A stretch of 64,000 nucleotides of DNA from Atribacterota bacterium (GTDB lineage Bacteria; Atribacterota; Phoenicimicrobiia; Phoenicimicrobiales; Stramentimicrobiaceae), in assembly GCA_040767965.1 (NCBI GenBank), contig JAXGNR010000004.1, forward strand, positions 785,335 to 849,334, written 5' to 3'. Below the pieces are notes generated by a model. It searched no databases. It worked only from the letters and a program-made list of their open reading frames with translations, and was not told the origin of the DNA. Shown one piece after another: positions 20,958-32,065 of the stretch. Every line of letters begins with the position of its first letter. Within the stretch, counting starts at the first letter, position 1. The position numbers and the translations under genes were made by a program.

Positions 20958-22076
20958 TTATTGCAATAGAGTCAGCATCACGCCAGCTGTTATCGTAGTT
21001 GCAATTGCACCTGCTACATTTGGGCCCATAGCATGCATTAAAAGAAAATTGCGAGGATTGGCTTTCTGGCCAACTGTTTGCGCTACTCTGGCTGACATAG
21101 GTACTGCAGACACCCCTGCCGCTCCAATTAAAGGATTGATTTTGCCTCCTGAAAGCTTGTACATAACTCTGCCGAATATTACCCCACCAAAAGTTCCAAA
21201 TGCAAATGCTATCAATCCTAATGTAATTATTTTTAAGGTTTCAACTGTTAAAAAATACTCTGCCTGCATTGTTGCACCAACGCAAATTCCTAAAAAGATT
21301 GTTACAATATTAATTAGCTCATTTTGTGCTGTATTTGACAATCTGTTTACTACCAAGCTTTCTCTGAATAAATTACCTAACATCATGGTGCATACCAGTG
21401 GCACCGATTTTGGTAGTACTAATCCCACAAAAATGGTACTGATAATAGGAAATAATATTTTTTCAGCTCTGGAGACCGGTCGCAGTTGTTTCATTACAGA
21501 TTTTCTTTGTTCTTCAGTAGTGAACATTTTCATTATGGGAGGTTGTATTAAAGGAACTAGAGACATATAAGAATAAGAAGCAACTGCAATTGCGCCCAAA
21601 AGATGTGGTGCTAGCTTGGAAGCCAGATAGATAGAAGTAGGACCGCTAGCTCCACCTATAATAGCAACTGCTGCAGATTCCTGTAAGTTGAATCCTAACA
21701 GTACCGCACCAAGCAAAGCAATAGAAACACCTAATTGAGCAGCTGCCCCCAGAAGAAAAGTTAGCGGATTAGCCAATAGGGGTCCAAAATCTGTCATCGC
21801 ACCAATTCCCATAAAAATTAGAATAGGAAATAGTTCATGTCTGATACCAAAAGAAAGGATTTGCAAGAAACCTCCTTCTTCCATCAATCCAGTGAAAGGT
21901 AAATTTACCAAAATTGAACCAAAAGCAATTGGTATTAATAATAACGGTTCATATTTCTTAACAATAGCCAGGTAAAGCAATATACCACCCAAAATAATCA
22001 TTATAATATTTTTCACTGTTAAGCCGGTAAATCCTGACATATTGATAATCGATGATAATAATATTGTAAAGTTCAT
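20958..22076 (-). CDS. mmdB: Na+-translocating decarboxylase beta subunit (MmdB/OadB family)
   Basis: YEPLLLIPI, GAMTDFGPL, SYSYMSLVPLIQPP, NPLIGAAGVSAVPMSAR and HAMGPNVAG motifs. Confidence 0.93.
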   Translation of the reverse strand: MNFTILLSSIINMSGFTGLTVKNIIMIILGGILLYLAIVKKYEPLLLIPIAFGSILVNLPFTGLMEEGGFLQILSFGIRHELFPILIFMGIGAMTDFGPLLANPLTFLLGAAAQLGVSIALLGAVLLGFNLQESAAVAIIGGASGPTSIYLASKLAPHLLGAIAVASYSYMSLVPLIQPPIMKMFTTEEQRKSVMKQLRPVSRAEKILFPIISTIFVGLVLPKSVPLVCTMMLGNLFRESLVVNRLSNTAQNELINIVTIFLGICVGATMQAEYFLTVETLKIITLGLIAFAFGTFGGVIFGRVMYKLSGGKINPLIGAAGVSAVPMSARVAQTVGQKANPRNFLLMHAMGPNVAGAIATTITAGVMLTLLQ

Positions 22077-22094
22077 CTATATTCCCCTTTCTGG

Positions 22095-22514
22095 TTAATG
22101 CTCGATTAGCAGCAGAATATCATCAGTTTCAACGACATCATTTATTGCAACAAATATTTTTTTAACTTTTCCAGCATTATCAGCAATGATCTCATTTTCC
22201 ATTTTCATTGCTTCCAGAATCAGAATTACATCACCTTCATTTACACTATCTCCTTCTATCACATTTATTTTTAAAATTTTCCCAGGCATTGGAGCTTTTA
22301 CTTCTTCATCTTCAGATATATCCTGATCACCAATATGTTTTACTTCTTTATTCAGGACTTTATTTGCTTCAGCATGCTTTTCTGCTTCTATTTTTTCAGG
22401 TTTTTTTTCCTCTTGAAAACTAGAATCAGACGAAACCTGTTGCTTTGTTTCTAAAATTTCTTCTACTTCTACCATATATTCCTGTCCATTAACCTTAACT
22501 TTGTACTGTTTCAT
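22095..22514 (-). CDS. mmdC: Biotin carboxyl carrier subunit
   Basis: APMPG and EAMKMENEI biotinylation motif. Confidence 0.92.
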   Translation of the reverse strand: MKQYKVKVNGQEYMVEVEEILETKQQVSSDSSFQEEKKPEKIEAEKHAEANKVLNKEVKHIGDQDISEDEEVKAPMPGKILKINVIEGDSVNEGDVILILEAMKMENEIIADNAGKVKKIFVAINDVVETDDILLLIEH

Positions 22515-22518
22515 TGTA

Positions 22519-22932
22519 CTATAGCCCTCCTTCTTTCCTGGGACTTATTGAAATTTTATTAAAAATGCGATTTTGCAAACCTGAGACAACCCATGGACTT
22601 ATATAATCTGATGACACTCTTTTTATATTAAGTATTTTTACCTGCTTTATGTTTCCTTCAAGGTAATTTACTAAAGAAGCTGTTATAACAGCAACTAATA
22701 TATCATCGGGATTATTGCTTTTTTGATTAGAGTTTTTCAATACTGTATTTTTTGTAATTTTTATTTCATTTTTTAAAGGAAGTACTCTCTCTGCTTTACT
22801 GGTTTTTTTTGAAGCAAGATTTATAATTTTCTGAACTCCCATAACTAAGGCTGCCAGTAATGATAATATAAAAAAAACTAAAATTATGGATATAAAAGCT
22901 ATTTTAAAAGCGCCTTCTATTCCTGAATACAT
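22519..22932 (-). CDS. mmdD: Decarboxylase membrane anchor subunit (OadG/MmdD family)
   Basis: Single N-terminal TM, VAVITAS motif, SPW..SG tail; lies between the alpha and biotin-carrier genes. Confidence 0.8.
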   Translation of the reverse strand: MYSGIEGAFKIAFISIILVFFILSLLAALVMGVQKIINLASKKTSKAERVLPLKNEIKITKNTVLKNSNQKSNNPDDILVAVITASLVNYLEGNIKQVKILNIKRVSSDYISPWVVSGLQNRIFNKISISPRKEGGL

Positions 22933-22959
22933 TTTAATACCCCTTCTTTTGATTGGAAG

Positions 22960-24543
22960 TTAAACAGGGAAATTCCCATGTTTTTTACCAGGCATATTCT
23001 CACTTTTTGTTGATAACATTTCAAATGTAGTGATTAATATTGGTCTAGTTTCTCTCGGATCGATAATTTTATCTACATAACCTCTGCCAGCAGCTACATA
23101 TGGGTTAGAAAATCTTTCACTATATTCCTTGATCTTTTCACGTCGATATTCATTTGGGTCTTCAGAATCAGATATTTCTTTTTTAAATATTATATTTGCT
23201 GCACCCTGAGATCCCATAACTGCTATTTCCGCAGTAGGCCAGGCAATAACCTGATCAGCTCTTTGGTGTTTGCTACACATAGCTAAATATGCTCCGCCAT
23301 AAGCCTTTCTGATGACAACAGTTACCTTAGGAACAGTAGCTTCTGAATATGCATACAACAATTTTGCACCATGCCTAATAATCCCACCATATTCCTGAGC
23401 AGTACCTGGTAAGAATCCCGGTACATCAACCAATGTCAGGAGAGGTATATTAAAAGCATCACAAAATCTGACAAAGCGTGCAGCTTTATCAGAGGCATCA
23501 ATATCAAGACAACCGGCAAGGACTTTAGGTTGATTAGCAATAACCCCAACAGGCTTACCATTTAGTCTTGCAAACCCTGTTATTATATTTTTAGCAAAAT
23601 GTTTATGTAATTCAAAAAAGTCACCACTATCGATAATGCAATGTATTATATCCTTCATTTCATATGGTTTATTAGGGTCATCAGGAACAATATTCAACAA
23701 GGATTCTTCTATTCTATTCTGGTTATCTTTATTTTCAGCAACAGGAGGTATTTCCATATTATTAGATGGAAAGAAGCTAATCATTTTTCTAACAGAATCA
23801 AATACTTCCTGTTCATTCTCTGCAGCAAAATGAGCAACTCCACTTTTTTGATTATGAGTCATTGCCCCGCCCAATTTTTCAGAAGAAACATTTTCACCAG
23901 TAACAGCTTTTATTACATTAGGGCCAGTTATATGCATTATTCCTGTCTTTTTAACCATAAAAACAAAATCCATTATAGCTGGTGAATATACTGCTCCGCC
24001 AGCAGTAGGGCCAACAACAATTGATATTTGTGGTATTACTCCTGAGGCAATTGTATTCCTGTAAAAAATTTCTCCATAACCGCTAAGAGAGTCAACGCCT
24101 TCCTGTATTCTCGCGCCTCCAGAATCATTAATACCGATAATGGGAGCTCCCATTTTCATGGCCATATCCATTACTTTGCATATTTTTTGGGCATGCATTT
24201 CTCCTAATGAGCCACCAATTACAGTAAAATCCTGAGAAAACACATAAACCAAACGTCCTTCTATTGTTCCATAACCTGTGACGACACCATCAGCAGGGAT
24301 TTCTTTATTCTCCATGTCAAAGTTTATACATCGGTGTTCTATTAAAAGATCCAATTCAGAGAAACTATCATTGTCTAATAATAAATCAATTCTCTCTCTT
24401 GCGGTTAATTTTCCTTTTTCATGCTGTGAATTAATTCTTTTTTCCCCGCCTCCAGCCATAGCTTTTTCCGTTTTTTCTTGCAATTGTTTCAACAATTCAT
24501 TGATCGATTTGTCCATTAAGCTTGCACCTCTTTCATTAACCAA
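22960..24543 (-). CDS. mmdA: Methylmalonyl-CoA decarboxylase alpha (carboxyltransferase) subunit
   Basis: GKLTARERI, DSGGARIQEG, DVPGFLPG, RKAYGGAY and KKHGNFPV motifs. Confidence 0.93.
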   Translation of the reverse strand: MVNERGASLMDKSINELLKQLQEKTEKAMAGGGEKRINSQHEKGKLTARERIDLLLDNDSFSELDLLIEHRCINFDMENKEIPADGVVTGYGTIEGRLVYVFSQDFTVIGGSLGEMHAQKICKVMDMAMKMGAPIIGINDSGGARIQEGVDSLSGYGEIFYRNTIASGVIPQISIVVGPTAGGAVYSPAIMDFVFMVKKTGIMHITGPNVIKAVTGENVSSEKLGGAMTHNQKSGVAHFAAENEQEVFDSVRKMISFFPSNNMEIPPVAENKDNQNRIEESLLNIVPDDPNKPYEMKDIIHCIIDSGDFFELHKHFAKNIITGFARLNGKPVGVIANQPKVLAGCLDIDASDKAARFVRFCDAFNIPLLTLVDVPGFLPGTAQEYGGIIRHGAKLLYAYSEATVPKVTVVIRKAYGGAYLAMCSKHQRADQVIAWPTAEIAVMGSQGAANIIFKKEISDSEDPNEYRREKIKEYSERFSNPYVAAGRGYVDKIIDPRETRPILITTFEMLSTKSENMPGKKHGNFPV

Positions 24544-24635
24544 CTGGTCTCTGCTTTGAAATATTTATATTGAATATTTTTTAAAGTAATAAATGTTAAT
24601 CTGATATTTGTTCATTGTGATGAATTTGTTTTTCT

Positions 24636-25040
24636 TTAAGAATTATGTTCGCAGAGTTCAATTAAGACGCCACTGGTACACTGAGGGTGCAAAAAAGCAA
24701 TTCTTGCTCCTCCAGCACCACATCGTGGCTTTTTATCAATTAATTGAAATCCTTTTTTCTCTAAATCAACTAATTTAGCCTCAAGGTTTTTCACTTCAAA
24801 TGCAATATGGTGAACTCCTTCTCCATTTTTTTCAATAAATTTAGCGATTTTTCCATCAGTAGAAGTAGATTCTAATAATTCAATTTCACTATCACCTACC
24901 GGGAGAAAAGCTACTTTTACATTTTGTCCATCTACAACTTCTTCACCTTTACACTCTACACCCAGTATGTTTTTAAATATAGAAATGGAATCTTCAATAT
25001 TTTTTACCGCTATCCCTATATGGCTAATTTTGTTAAACAT
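24636..25040 (-). CDS. mce: Methylmalonyl-CoA epimerase
   Basis: HIGIAV, EIELLE, GEGVHHIAF and GVLIELCE motifs; context. Confidence 0.95.
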   Translation of the reverse strand: MFNKISHIGIAVKNIEDSISIFKNILGVECKGEEVVDGQNVKVAFLPVGDSEIELLESTSTDGKIAKFIEKNGEGVHHIAFEVKNLEAKLVDLEKKGFQLIDKKPRCGAGGARIAFLHPQCTSGVLIELCEHNS

Positions 25041-25995
25041 AAAAATCCTCCTTAAATATTTTTTCCTTAAAAAGTAAAATAAGATTTTTTACTGCACTGT
25101 ACGGATCATCGTTTTGATATAATACTGTGCTTATCTCTTTCTCTATTCTTTCTTTGCCGATATATTCAAAAAACATCTCTCTCCAAGTTTCCTGTAAAAG
25201 ATCAATAATTTCTTTTCTGGTTCTATTTTTTCTTCTTTCCAATAAATCTCCACTTTCTTTTAAGTGAATAAATAATCTATTTATTTCTTGCCATAGCAAA
25301 TTAATTCCAATATTTTCGGTTCCTATTGTTTTTATAATAGAAGGTTCCCATTTTTTTTCCAGTGGGTTTAAATGTAGCAACATCTCTATTTCAGCAACCA
25401 ATTTATCGCTTCCATCCCGATCAGATTTGTTTACAACAAAGATATCACCTATCTCCATAATACCAGCCTTTATAATTTGTATGTCATCCCCCATGCCTGG
25501 CATAACAATCAGTAGAACGACATCTGAAACTTTTATTATATCTATTTCAGATTGTCCAACACCCACAGTTTCAATAAAAATAATATCTTTACCCATGGCA
25601 TCCATAATCCTAACTATTGCTTGGGTAGATCTGGATAAGCCCCCTAAATGACCCCTGGCTCCGATACTTCTTATAAAAACATCTTTATCAGTGGTGTGAT
25701 CCTGCATTCTTATTCTGTCTCCTAAAATGGCACCACCAGAAAATGGGCTACTGGGATCTATGGCAATTATGCCAACTTTTTTATTTAAATGGCGAAGGTG
25801 TTTTGTTAGCTTATCTGTAATAGTGCTTTTGCCTGAACCTGGAGATCCTGTAATTCCAATCACTATGGCCTTCCCACAATATTTGTGCAATTCTTTCAAT
25901 ATCGGTTGAGAAGACTGAAAATCATTTTCGACCATAGATATTAATCTTGCAACTGATCTAGTATCACCTTCTCTAATTCTTGTAATAAGATCCAT
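25033..25995 (-). CDS. meaB: MeaB GTPase chaperone of methylmalonyl-CoA mutase
   Basis: GSPGSGKST, DPSSPFSGGAILGDRIRM, ETVGVGQSE and NKSD motifs. Confidence 0.96.
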   Translation of the reverse strand: MDLITRIREGDTRSVARLISMVENDFQSSQPILKELHKYCGKAIVIGITGSPGSGKSTITDKLTKHLRHLNKKVGIIAIDPSSPFSGGAILGDRIRMQDHTTDKDVFIRSIGARGHLGGLSRSTQAIVRIMDAMGKDIIFIETVGVGQSEIDIIKVSDVVLLIVMPGMGDDIQIIKAGIMEIGDIFVVNKSDRDGSDKLVAEIEMLLHLNPLEKKWEPSIIKTIGTENIGINLLWQEINRLFIHLKESGDLLERRKNRTRKEIIDLLQETWREMFFEYIGKERIEKEISTVLYQNDDPYSAVKNLILLFKEKIFKEDFYV

Positions 25996-26018
25996 ATGGT
26001 TTTGCCTTTACTCTAAAA

Positions 26019-26420
26019 TTAATTTATATAAACATTTTCTTTTATAAATTCAACAATTTTCTTAGTTTCGGTACCAGGAGTAAATATTTCTTTAATTCCA
26101 ATCTTTTTTAATTCAATTATATCTTCACTGGGTATTATTCCACCAGCAATAATAAGAATATCAGTTATTTTTTTTTCTGCAAGCATTTGGATTATTTTTG
26201 GAAATATGTACATATGAGCACCAGACAATATACTAAGACCAATTACATTTACATCTTCCTGAATAGCTGTTTCAATTATCTGTTCAGGGGTTTGTCTTAA
26301 TCCGGTATATATAACTTCCATTCCAGCATCTCTTAAAGCTCTGGCAATTACTTTAGCTCCACGATCATGTCCATCCAAACCAGGTTTAGCAATTAGCACT
26401 CTGATCCTTGTATTTCCCAT
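26019..26420 (-). CDS. Methylmalonyl-CoA mutase cobalamin-binding subunit
   Basis: [11 protein letters not shown]12-binding motif, SILSGAH, GGIIP. Confidence 0.95.
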   Translation of the reverse strand: MGNTRIRVLIAKPGLDGHDRGAKVIARALRDAGMEVIYTGLRQTPEQIIETAIQEDVNVIGLSILSGAHMYIFPKIIQMLAEKKITDILIIAGGIIPSEDIIELKKIGIKEIFTPGTETKKIVEFIKENVYIN

Positions 26421-26438
26421 AACCTATCCTCCCGGTCA

Positions 26439-28124
26439 TTATATTTTCATAGAATCTTTGTATTCACCGAATACATCTCTTAGTTCATTGCATATTTCTC
26501 CTAATGTAGCATAACTTTTAATACAATCCACTATAAAAGGCATTAAATTATCATCAGTTTTTGCAGCTTCTTTAAGTCTGGTTAAATTTTCTATTACTTC
26601 TTTTTCACTTCGGGCGCTTTTTGTTTGTTCCAACTTTTTAATTTGCTGTTTTTCTATTTCTGGATTTACTTTAAGCAAATCCTTTAATTCATCTTCTTCT
26701 GACTGAAATTGATTTAATCCAACAATAATTCTTTTTTTACCTTCAATATCTTTTTGATATTGATATGCGCTATTTTGTATTTCTTTTTGAATATAACCTT
26801 TCTCTATAGCTTTTGGGCTCCCTCCCAGCTTGTCAATTTGATGAATATAATCAATTACTGCTTCTTCAATATCTTTAGTCATTTTTTCAATATAATAGGA
26901 GCCAGCAAGCGGATCAACAGTTTCATTAACACAACTTTCATGAGCAATAATTTGTTGTGTCCTTAGTGCTATTCGTACTGATTTTTGTGAAGGCAAGGAA
27001 AGTGCTTCGTCTCTAGAGTTAGTATGTAAAGACTGAGTCCCTCCCAGCACAGCGGCCAATGCTTGTAAAGTAACTCTTATAATATTATTATCTGGCTGTT
27101 GAGCAGTTAAGGTACAACCTGCAGTTTGTGTATGAAAGCGAAGCATTAAAGATTTAGGATTTTTTGCTTTAAATCGATTTTTCATAATATTTGCCCACAG
27201 TTTTCTCGCTGCTCTAAACTTTGCAACTTCTTCAAATAAATCATTATGAGAGTTAAAGAAAAAAGATATTCTTGGAGCAAAGTCATCTATATCCAATCCT
27301 TTTTTTACAGCAGCATTAACATATGCAATACCATTTGCTAATGTAAAAGCAATTTCTTGTATGGCTGTAGAGCCTGCTTCTCTTATATGATAACCACTGA
27401 TACTTATAGTGTTCCATTTAGGCAATTTTTTTGAACAATACTCAAAAGTATCAGTAACCAATCTCATCGAGGGTGAAGGTGGGAAAATATAAGTTCCTCT
27501 GGCCACATATTCTTTGAGAATATCATTCTGAATAGTTCCACTCAATTTTTCAATGGATACACCTTGTTTTTCAGCAACTACTATATACATTGCCAGCAAA
27601 ATAGCAGCAGGAGCATTTATGGTCATTGAAGTGCTAACTTTTTCTAATGGTATTCCCTGGAATAGTATTTCCATATCTTTTAGTGAATCAATAGCTACAC
27701 CAACTTTCCCAACCTCTCCAAGTGACATGGGATGGTCAGAGTCATAGCCAATTTGAGTTGGTAAATCAAAAGCAATGCTTAATCCAGTTTGCCCGTTTTT
27801 CAACAAATATTTGTATCTTTTATTGGATTCTTCTGCATCACCAAAACCGGCATATTGTCTCATAGTCCATAAACGGCCTCGATACATGGTAGGTTGCACA
27901 CCTCTAGTAAAAGGGTATTCTCCTGGATAACCTATATCATCAAGAAAGCTGATTTTTTCCAGGTCTAAGGGATCATATATTCGCTGAATCTCCTGATTTG
28001 ATCCGGTTAAAAAATTACTTTTCCTCTCAGGAAACTTAGTTAAAACTTCTGATAAAGTATTTTCTTCCCAATACTTTTTTGCTGATTGTATATTTTTTTT
28101 ATTCATCTCATTCATTATAAGCAT
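26439..28124 (-). CDS. Methylmalonyl-CoA mutase, substrate-binding subunit
   Basis: [16 protein letters not shown] (Tyr specificity residue), [12 protein letters not shown] (Arg specificity residue) and SLHTNS.DE. Confidence 0.95.
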   Translation of the reverse strand: MLIMNEMNKKNIQSAKKYWEENTLSEVLTKFPERKSNFLTGSNQEIQRIYDPLDLEKISFLDDIGYPGEYPFTRGVQPTMYRGRLWTMRQYAGFGDAEESNKRYKYLLKNGQTGLSIAFDLPTQIGYDSDHPMSLGEVGKVGVAIDSLKDMEILFQGIPLEKVSTSMTINAPAAILLAMYIVVAEKQGVSIEKLSGTIQNDILKEYVARGTYIFPPSPSMRLVTDTFEYCSKKLPKWNTISISGYHIREAGSTAIQEIAFTLANGIAYVNAAVKKGLDIDDFAPRISFFFNSHNDLFEEVAKFRAARKLWANIMKNRFKAKNPKSLMLRFHTQTAGCTLTAQQPDNNIIRVTLQALAAVLGGTQSLHTNSRDEALSLPSQKSVRIALRTQQIIAHESCVNETVDPLAGSYYIEKMTKDIEEAVIDYIHQIDKLGGSPKAIEKGYIQKEIQNSAYQYQKDIEGKKRIIVGLNQFQSEEDELKDLLKVNPEIEKQQIKKLEQTKSARSEKEVIENLTRLKEAAKTDDNLMPFIVDCIKSYATLGEICNELRDVFGEYKDSMKI

Positions 28125-28346
28125 GCCTCCTCTTTCTGAATAATCAATATTAAAAACGAATACTTTTATGCTTTTTAAATAATTTTTAATATTCCTATAC
28201 TTTTAATTTAGAGAGATATAGATCTATAAAGAAAAGAATATTTAATAAAATAATAGCCAATATAAAAAAAGATATGAAATAATTATATCTTCCGAAGAAT
28301 AAAGAATACTAAATTTGATCTCAGGGTAAATATTTAATTTGGATTT

Positions 28347-29207
28347 TTATTCTGAATTATTAATGTTGTTGATATTTTTTTCTAGTATTAAATCTTCAAT
28401 TATAACATCTATTTTAATAACATTAATTCCGGTTATATAATACAATTCTCTTTTTAATTTTTCTTGCACTTCTTTAACTGTATTAGTAAGATTACCGCCA
28501 TATTGCAGGATTAAACTCATCTGGATCAAAATACCTTCTTCACTCATATTTATCTTGGTTTTACCTAGTCTGATTATTTCTTTAAAATCTTGAATTCCAA
28601 AAAAAATAACATCCAGAATAGCGTTTTCAGAAATAAATAATTTTCCAAAATAACTGAATGGAGGTCTGACAACGGTTCTTTCTCCTATCTTTCTGCTTGC
28701 ATATCTCTTTTTATAGAATATTTCCAATGATTCAACTAAATTAATCGGAAATTTTCTTTGAACTTCTATGCTTGGCAGAGGAATTATATGTGTTCCATCT
28801 TTTGATCTACTATTTCTTGCTAACTGGATTTCTTTTTCTGTTGAAATGTCTTCTATTTTTATGATACGATTTATTTCTGAAAGCTCTAATGTTTGAACAA
28901 TTTTATCAATCATTTCAACAGAAGTTCCCAAAATCATAATTTTTTTAGGCATTTCCTGTCTTAATATTTCCTTTACTGACTGTGCATGCTCTTTTTCGAA
29001 AAAAATAGCTCTTCTTATAGCTTGTATTCTATTTGCTTCTTTTTTAGCTGAAAGTCCTGCTAATATTTTGTCTTTTTTTATTAACAAACCATCATCAATT
29101 ATGTATTCAATATTTTCTTTATGAGCAATCAATAATGCCTTATGGCTTTTGCCTGTTCCGCTTTCTCCAACTAGTGCTATTACTTTCATATTACAATTTA
29201 ACCTCAA
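28347..29207 (-). CDS. P-loop NTP-binding domain fused to an Asp23/Gls24-like C-terminal domain
   Basis: GESGTGKS, IIDDGLLI and LGTS motifs; C-terminal GKLFISENAI..VQEKLKRELYYITG.NV..IDVII. Likely ATG start at 29189. Confidence 0.7.
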   Translation of the reverse strand: MRLNCNMKVIALVGESGTGKSHKALLIAHKENIEYIIDDGLLIKKDKILAGLSAKKEANRIQAIRRAIFFEKEHAQSVKEILRQEMPKKIMILGTSVEMIDKIVQTLELSEINRIIKIEDISTEKEIQLARNSRSKDGTHIIPLPSIEVQRKFPINLVESLEIFYKKRYASRKIGERTVVRPPFSYFGKLFISENAILDVIFFGIQDFKEIIRLGKTKINMSEEGILIQMSLILQYGGNLTNTVKEVQEKLKRELYYITGINVIKIDVIIEDLILEKNINNINNSE

Positions 29208-29290
29208 TCAGTTTTATGAAACACCTTCTAATAATTAATAATTGTAAGAATATTCAGACTTCTGGTAATAAATTTACTCTCAAAATATAC

Positions 29291-30607
29291 TTATTTCAGT
29301 TTACAGCTTCTAATCCATCCTCTTCCTTCAACTGCATCTGCAACTCTTTTCACTGCTATCATATAAGCTGCCTCTCTGGGGTAAAGATTTTCTTTTTTTG
29401 CTAATTCATCAACATCTGTGAATGCAGAAGTAATTACTCGGTCCAGTTTTTCTAATACTTCTTCTTTTGGCCAATAATAATTCATATTATTTTGTACTTG
29501 TTCAAAATAAGAAACTGTTACTCCACCTGCATTACAGAGAAAATCTGGAATCACATAAATCCCTTTTTCTCGAATGATTTTATCAGCGCCTGGTGTTGTA
29601 GGCGTGTTGGCTGATTCTGCATAAATTTTAACTTTATTAAAATCTATTTCATTTACATTGGCATTATGTACTGCCGAACCCAGAGCAGCAGGCATTATAA
29701 TAGTAACAGGCTTTCTCAGCCATGCATCTGCATCTTCCTGTACCCATCCAAAAGATTTGGCTTTTTGCGGGCTGATAGTACCAAATTTATCCAGAGTACC
29801 TGGGGAAAATAAATCATCAGGATTAATTCCTCTTTCAGAACTATACGTATAGGCTTTTTTTTCCATGGCATCCCAACAAGATATTGCTAATACTTTACCA
29901 CCATATTCTGTGAATTTTTTAACAGCATATGACCCAACATTTCCTGCTCCCTGAATTGACAAAGTAGATTCATTTATATTGATTTTTAACTTCTTTAAAG
30001 CTTCTCTTATGCAAAAAATGGCACCAAAACCAGTAGCTTCTTTTCTTCCTAAAGAACCACCTATTCCAACTGATTTCCCAGTGACGAAACCTGGTTTCCT
30101 GCATCTTGCAATAGTGTCATATTCATCCATTATCCATAACATATCCTGCGGATTAGTGGCTACATCAGGGGCAGGGACATCAATTTCTGGCCCAACAAAA
30201 TCATATACTTTTCTAACCCAACCACGGCAAAGCTTTTCAATTTCTCTGTCTGATAATTCCCTTGGGTTGCACACTATTCCTCCTTTCCCGCCTCCAAGGG
30301 GAATATTTACAACAGCACATTTCCAGGTCATCATCATCGCCAATCCTCTAACCATATCAAGTGTTTCATCTTCAGCAAACCTTAAACCACCTTTAGCGGG
30401 ACCCCTTGCAGTAGAATGCTGTACCCGAAATCCAGTAAATGTTTTTGAATTTCCGTCATCCATTTCAATAGGGATTCTTATTATAACTTCTCTCTCGGCT
30501 TCTCTCAGAAAATTTTGAAGTGGTTTGCTTAAACAGCATTTCTCTGCATTAGAATCAAATTGCGATTGTACAATTTCAAATGGATTCATTTTCTTATCTT
30601 CAATCAT
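29291..30607 (-). CDS. gdh: Glu/Leu/Phe/Val dehydrogenase, probably glutamate dehydrogenase
   Basis: RGPAKGGLR, GGGKGG, DVPAPDV, TGKSVGIGGSLGR.EATG, QGAGNVG and PDFLCNAGGVTVSYFE motifs. Confidence 0.9.
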   Translation of the reverse strand: MIEDKKMNPFEIVQSQFDSNAEKCCLSKPLQNFLREAEREVIIRIPIEMDDGNSKTFTGFRVQHSTARGPAKGGLRFAEDETLDMVRGLAMMMTWKCAVVNIPLGGGKGGIVCNPRELSDREIEKLCRGWVRKVYDFVGPEIDVPAPDVATNPQDMLWIMDEYDTIARCRKPGFVTGKSVGIGGSLGRKEATGFGAIFCIREALKKLKININESTLSIQGAGNVGSYAVKKFTEYGGKVLAISCWDAMEKKAYTYSSERGINPDDLFSPGTLDKFGTISPQKAKSFGWVQEDADAWLRKPVTIIMPAALGSAVHNANVNEIDFNKVKIYAESANTPTTPGADKIIREKGIYVIPDFLCNAGGVTVSYFEQVQNNMNYYWPKEEVLEKLDRVITSAFTDVDELAKKENLYPREAAYMIAVKRVADAVEGRGWIRSCKLK

Positions 30608-30631
30608 TTTTAACCTCCTAAAAATAATTGA

Positions 30632-32065
30632 TCATTTATCTTTTCTCAAGCTTTTACCAGAAGTTAAGTATTTATGAATTGATCTTGCAGCAACTTTGCC
30701 ATCACCAACCGCAGAAATAACAGTAGCTGCACCTCTGACTATATCACCCCCTGCAAAAATTCCTTCTACTGCAGTCATTTTTGTTTTTTCATCGACTAAA
30801 AAATATCCCCATTTATTCACTTTAACATCAGTTGCATCATTTGCAATAATAGGGTTAGCCATTGTTCCTATTGCATCAATAACCATATCAATTTTAATAA
30901 CGAAATTAGAATTTTCAATTTGAATAGGTCTTCTTCTTCCAGATTCGTCCGGATCTCCTAATTCCATTTTTATACATTCAATTCCTGTTACAATACCCTT
31001 TTCATCACCAAGAATTCTTACAGGAAGTGTTAGAAAATGGAAAATAATCCCTTCTTCTTCTGCGTGATGCACTTCTTCTAATCTTGCTGGAACTTCTTTT
31101 CTGGAACGTCGATAAATAATATAAGAATTTTTTGCACCAAGACGCAAAGCCGTTCTTGCAGAATCCATTGCAACATTTCCAGCACCTATTACCGCAGCGT
31201 TTTCACCAATTTTTATAGGTGTATCAAATTCTGGAAAGAGGTAAGCTTTCATCAGATTAGAGCGGGTTAAAAATTCATTTGCAGAATATACATTATTCAT
31301 ATTTTCACCAGGGATATTCATGAAACGAGGAGCCCCAGCGCCATTCGCCAAAAAAATAGCATCAAATTCTTTTTTTAAATTTTTAATTTTGCCAGTAGCA
31401 CCTACTATATAATTAGTAACAATCTTAACTCCCAGTTTCTCAATTTCCTCAACTTCATATCTTACAATTTCTTTTGGTAACCTGAATTCTGGAATACCAT
31501 ATACCAGAACTCCTCCAGGTTTATGCAGGGCTTCAAAAAGAGTCACTTTATATCCCATTTTAGCGAGATCTGCTGCACAGGTAAGTCCTGCTGGTCCTGA
31601 ACCAACTACAGCTACTGATAAATTATTTTTTGATTTCCCAGATTGTTCTCCGTGGATATTATTTTTTCTGGCCCAATCGGCTACAAAACGTTCCAATCTG
31701 CCAATTTCAATTGGTTTTCCTTTTTTATTTAGAACGCATTCTTTCTGACATTGTTCCTCTTGAGGGCAAACTCTTCCAGTAACAGCTGGTAATGTATCTG
31801 TTTCTAAAATTGTTTGATAAGCTTTCTTAAAGTCTTCTTCAACAATATATTTTATAAATATAGGTATGTTAATTTCTGCCGGACAACCATTTATGCAAGT
31901 TGGATTTTTGCATTGCAGACATCTTTGAGCTTCTTTTATAGCCTCTTCTTTACTATAACCCAAAGGAACCTCGTCAAAATTTTTTATCCGGACAGATGGA
32001 TTTTGTTCTCTCATGGAAATCGGTTCTTGTTTTACTCTATCTTTTAAAGGTAACATCTCAGCCAT
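30632..32065 (-). CDS. nfnB: Electron-bifurcating transhydrogenase large subunit NfnB (GltD/SudA-like)
   Basis: RCLQC..P.C..GCP, GRVCPQEEQC, GSGPAG, YGIPEFRLP and GAGNVAMD motifs; paired with nfnA; no gltB nearby. Confidence 0.88.
   Translation of the reverse strand: MAEMLPLKDRVKQEPISMREQNPSVRIKNFDEVPLGYSKEEAIKEAQRCLQCKNPTCINGCPAEINIPIFIKYIVEEDFKKAYQTILETDTLPAVTGRVCPQEEQCQKECVLNKKGKPIEIGRLERFVADWARKNNIHGEQSGKSKNNLSVAVVGSGPAGLTCAADLAKMGYKVTLFEALHKPGGVLVYGIPEFRLPKEIVRYEVEEIEKLGVKIVTNYIVGATGKIKNLKKEFDAIFLANGAGAPRFMNIPGENMNNVYSANEFLTRSNLMKAYLFPEFDTPIKIGENAAVIGAGNVAMDSARTALRLGAKNSYIIYRRSRKEVPARLEEVHHAEEEGIIFHFLTLPVRILGDEKGIVTGIECIKMELGDPDESGRRRPIQIENSNFVIKIDMVIDAIGTMANPIIANDATDVKVNKWGYFLVDEKTKMTAVEGIFAGGDIVRGAATVISAVGDGKVAARSIHKYLTSGKSLRKDK

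Noticed and set aside
30632-32065. Glutamate synthase small subunit (gltD)
   Set aside because: No large subunit in the window, and it overlaps an NfnA/SudB-type gene, which fits NfnAB
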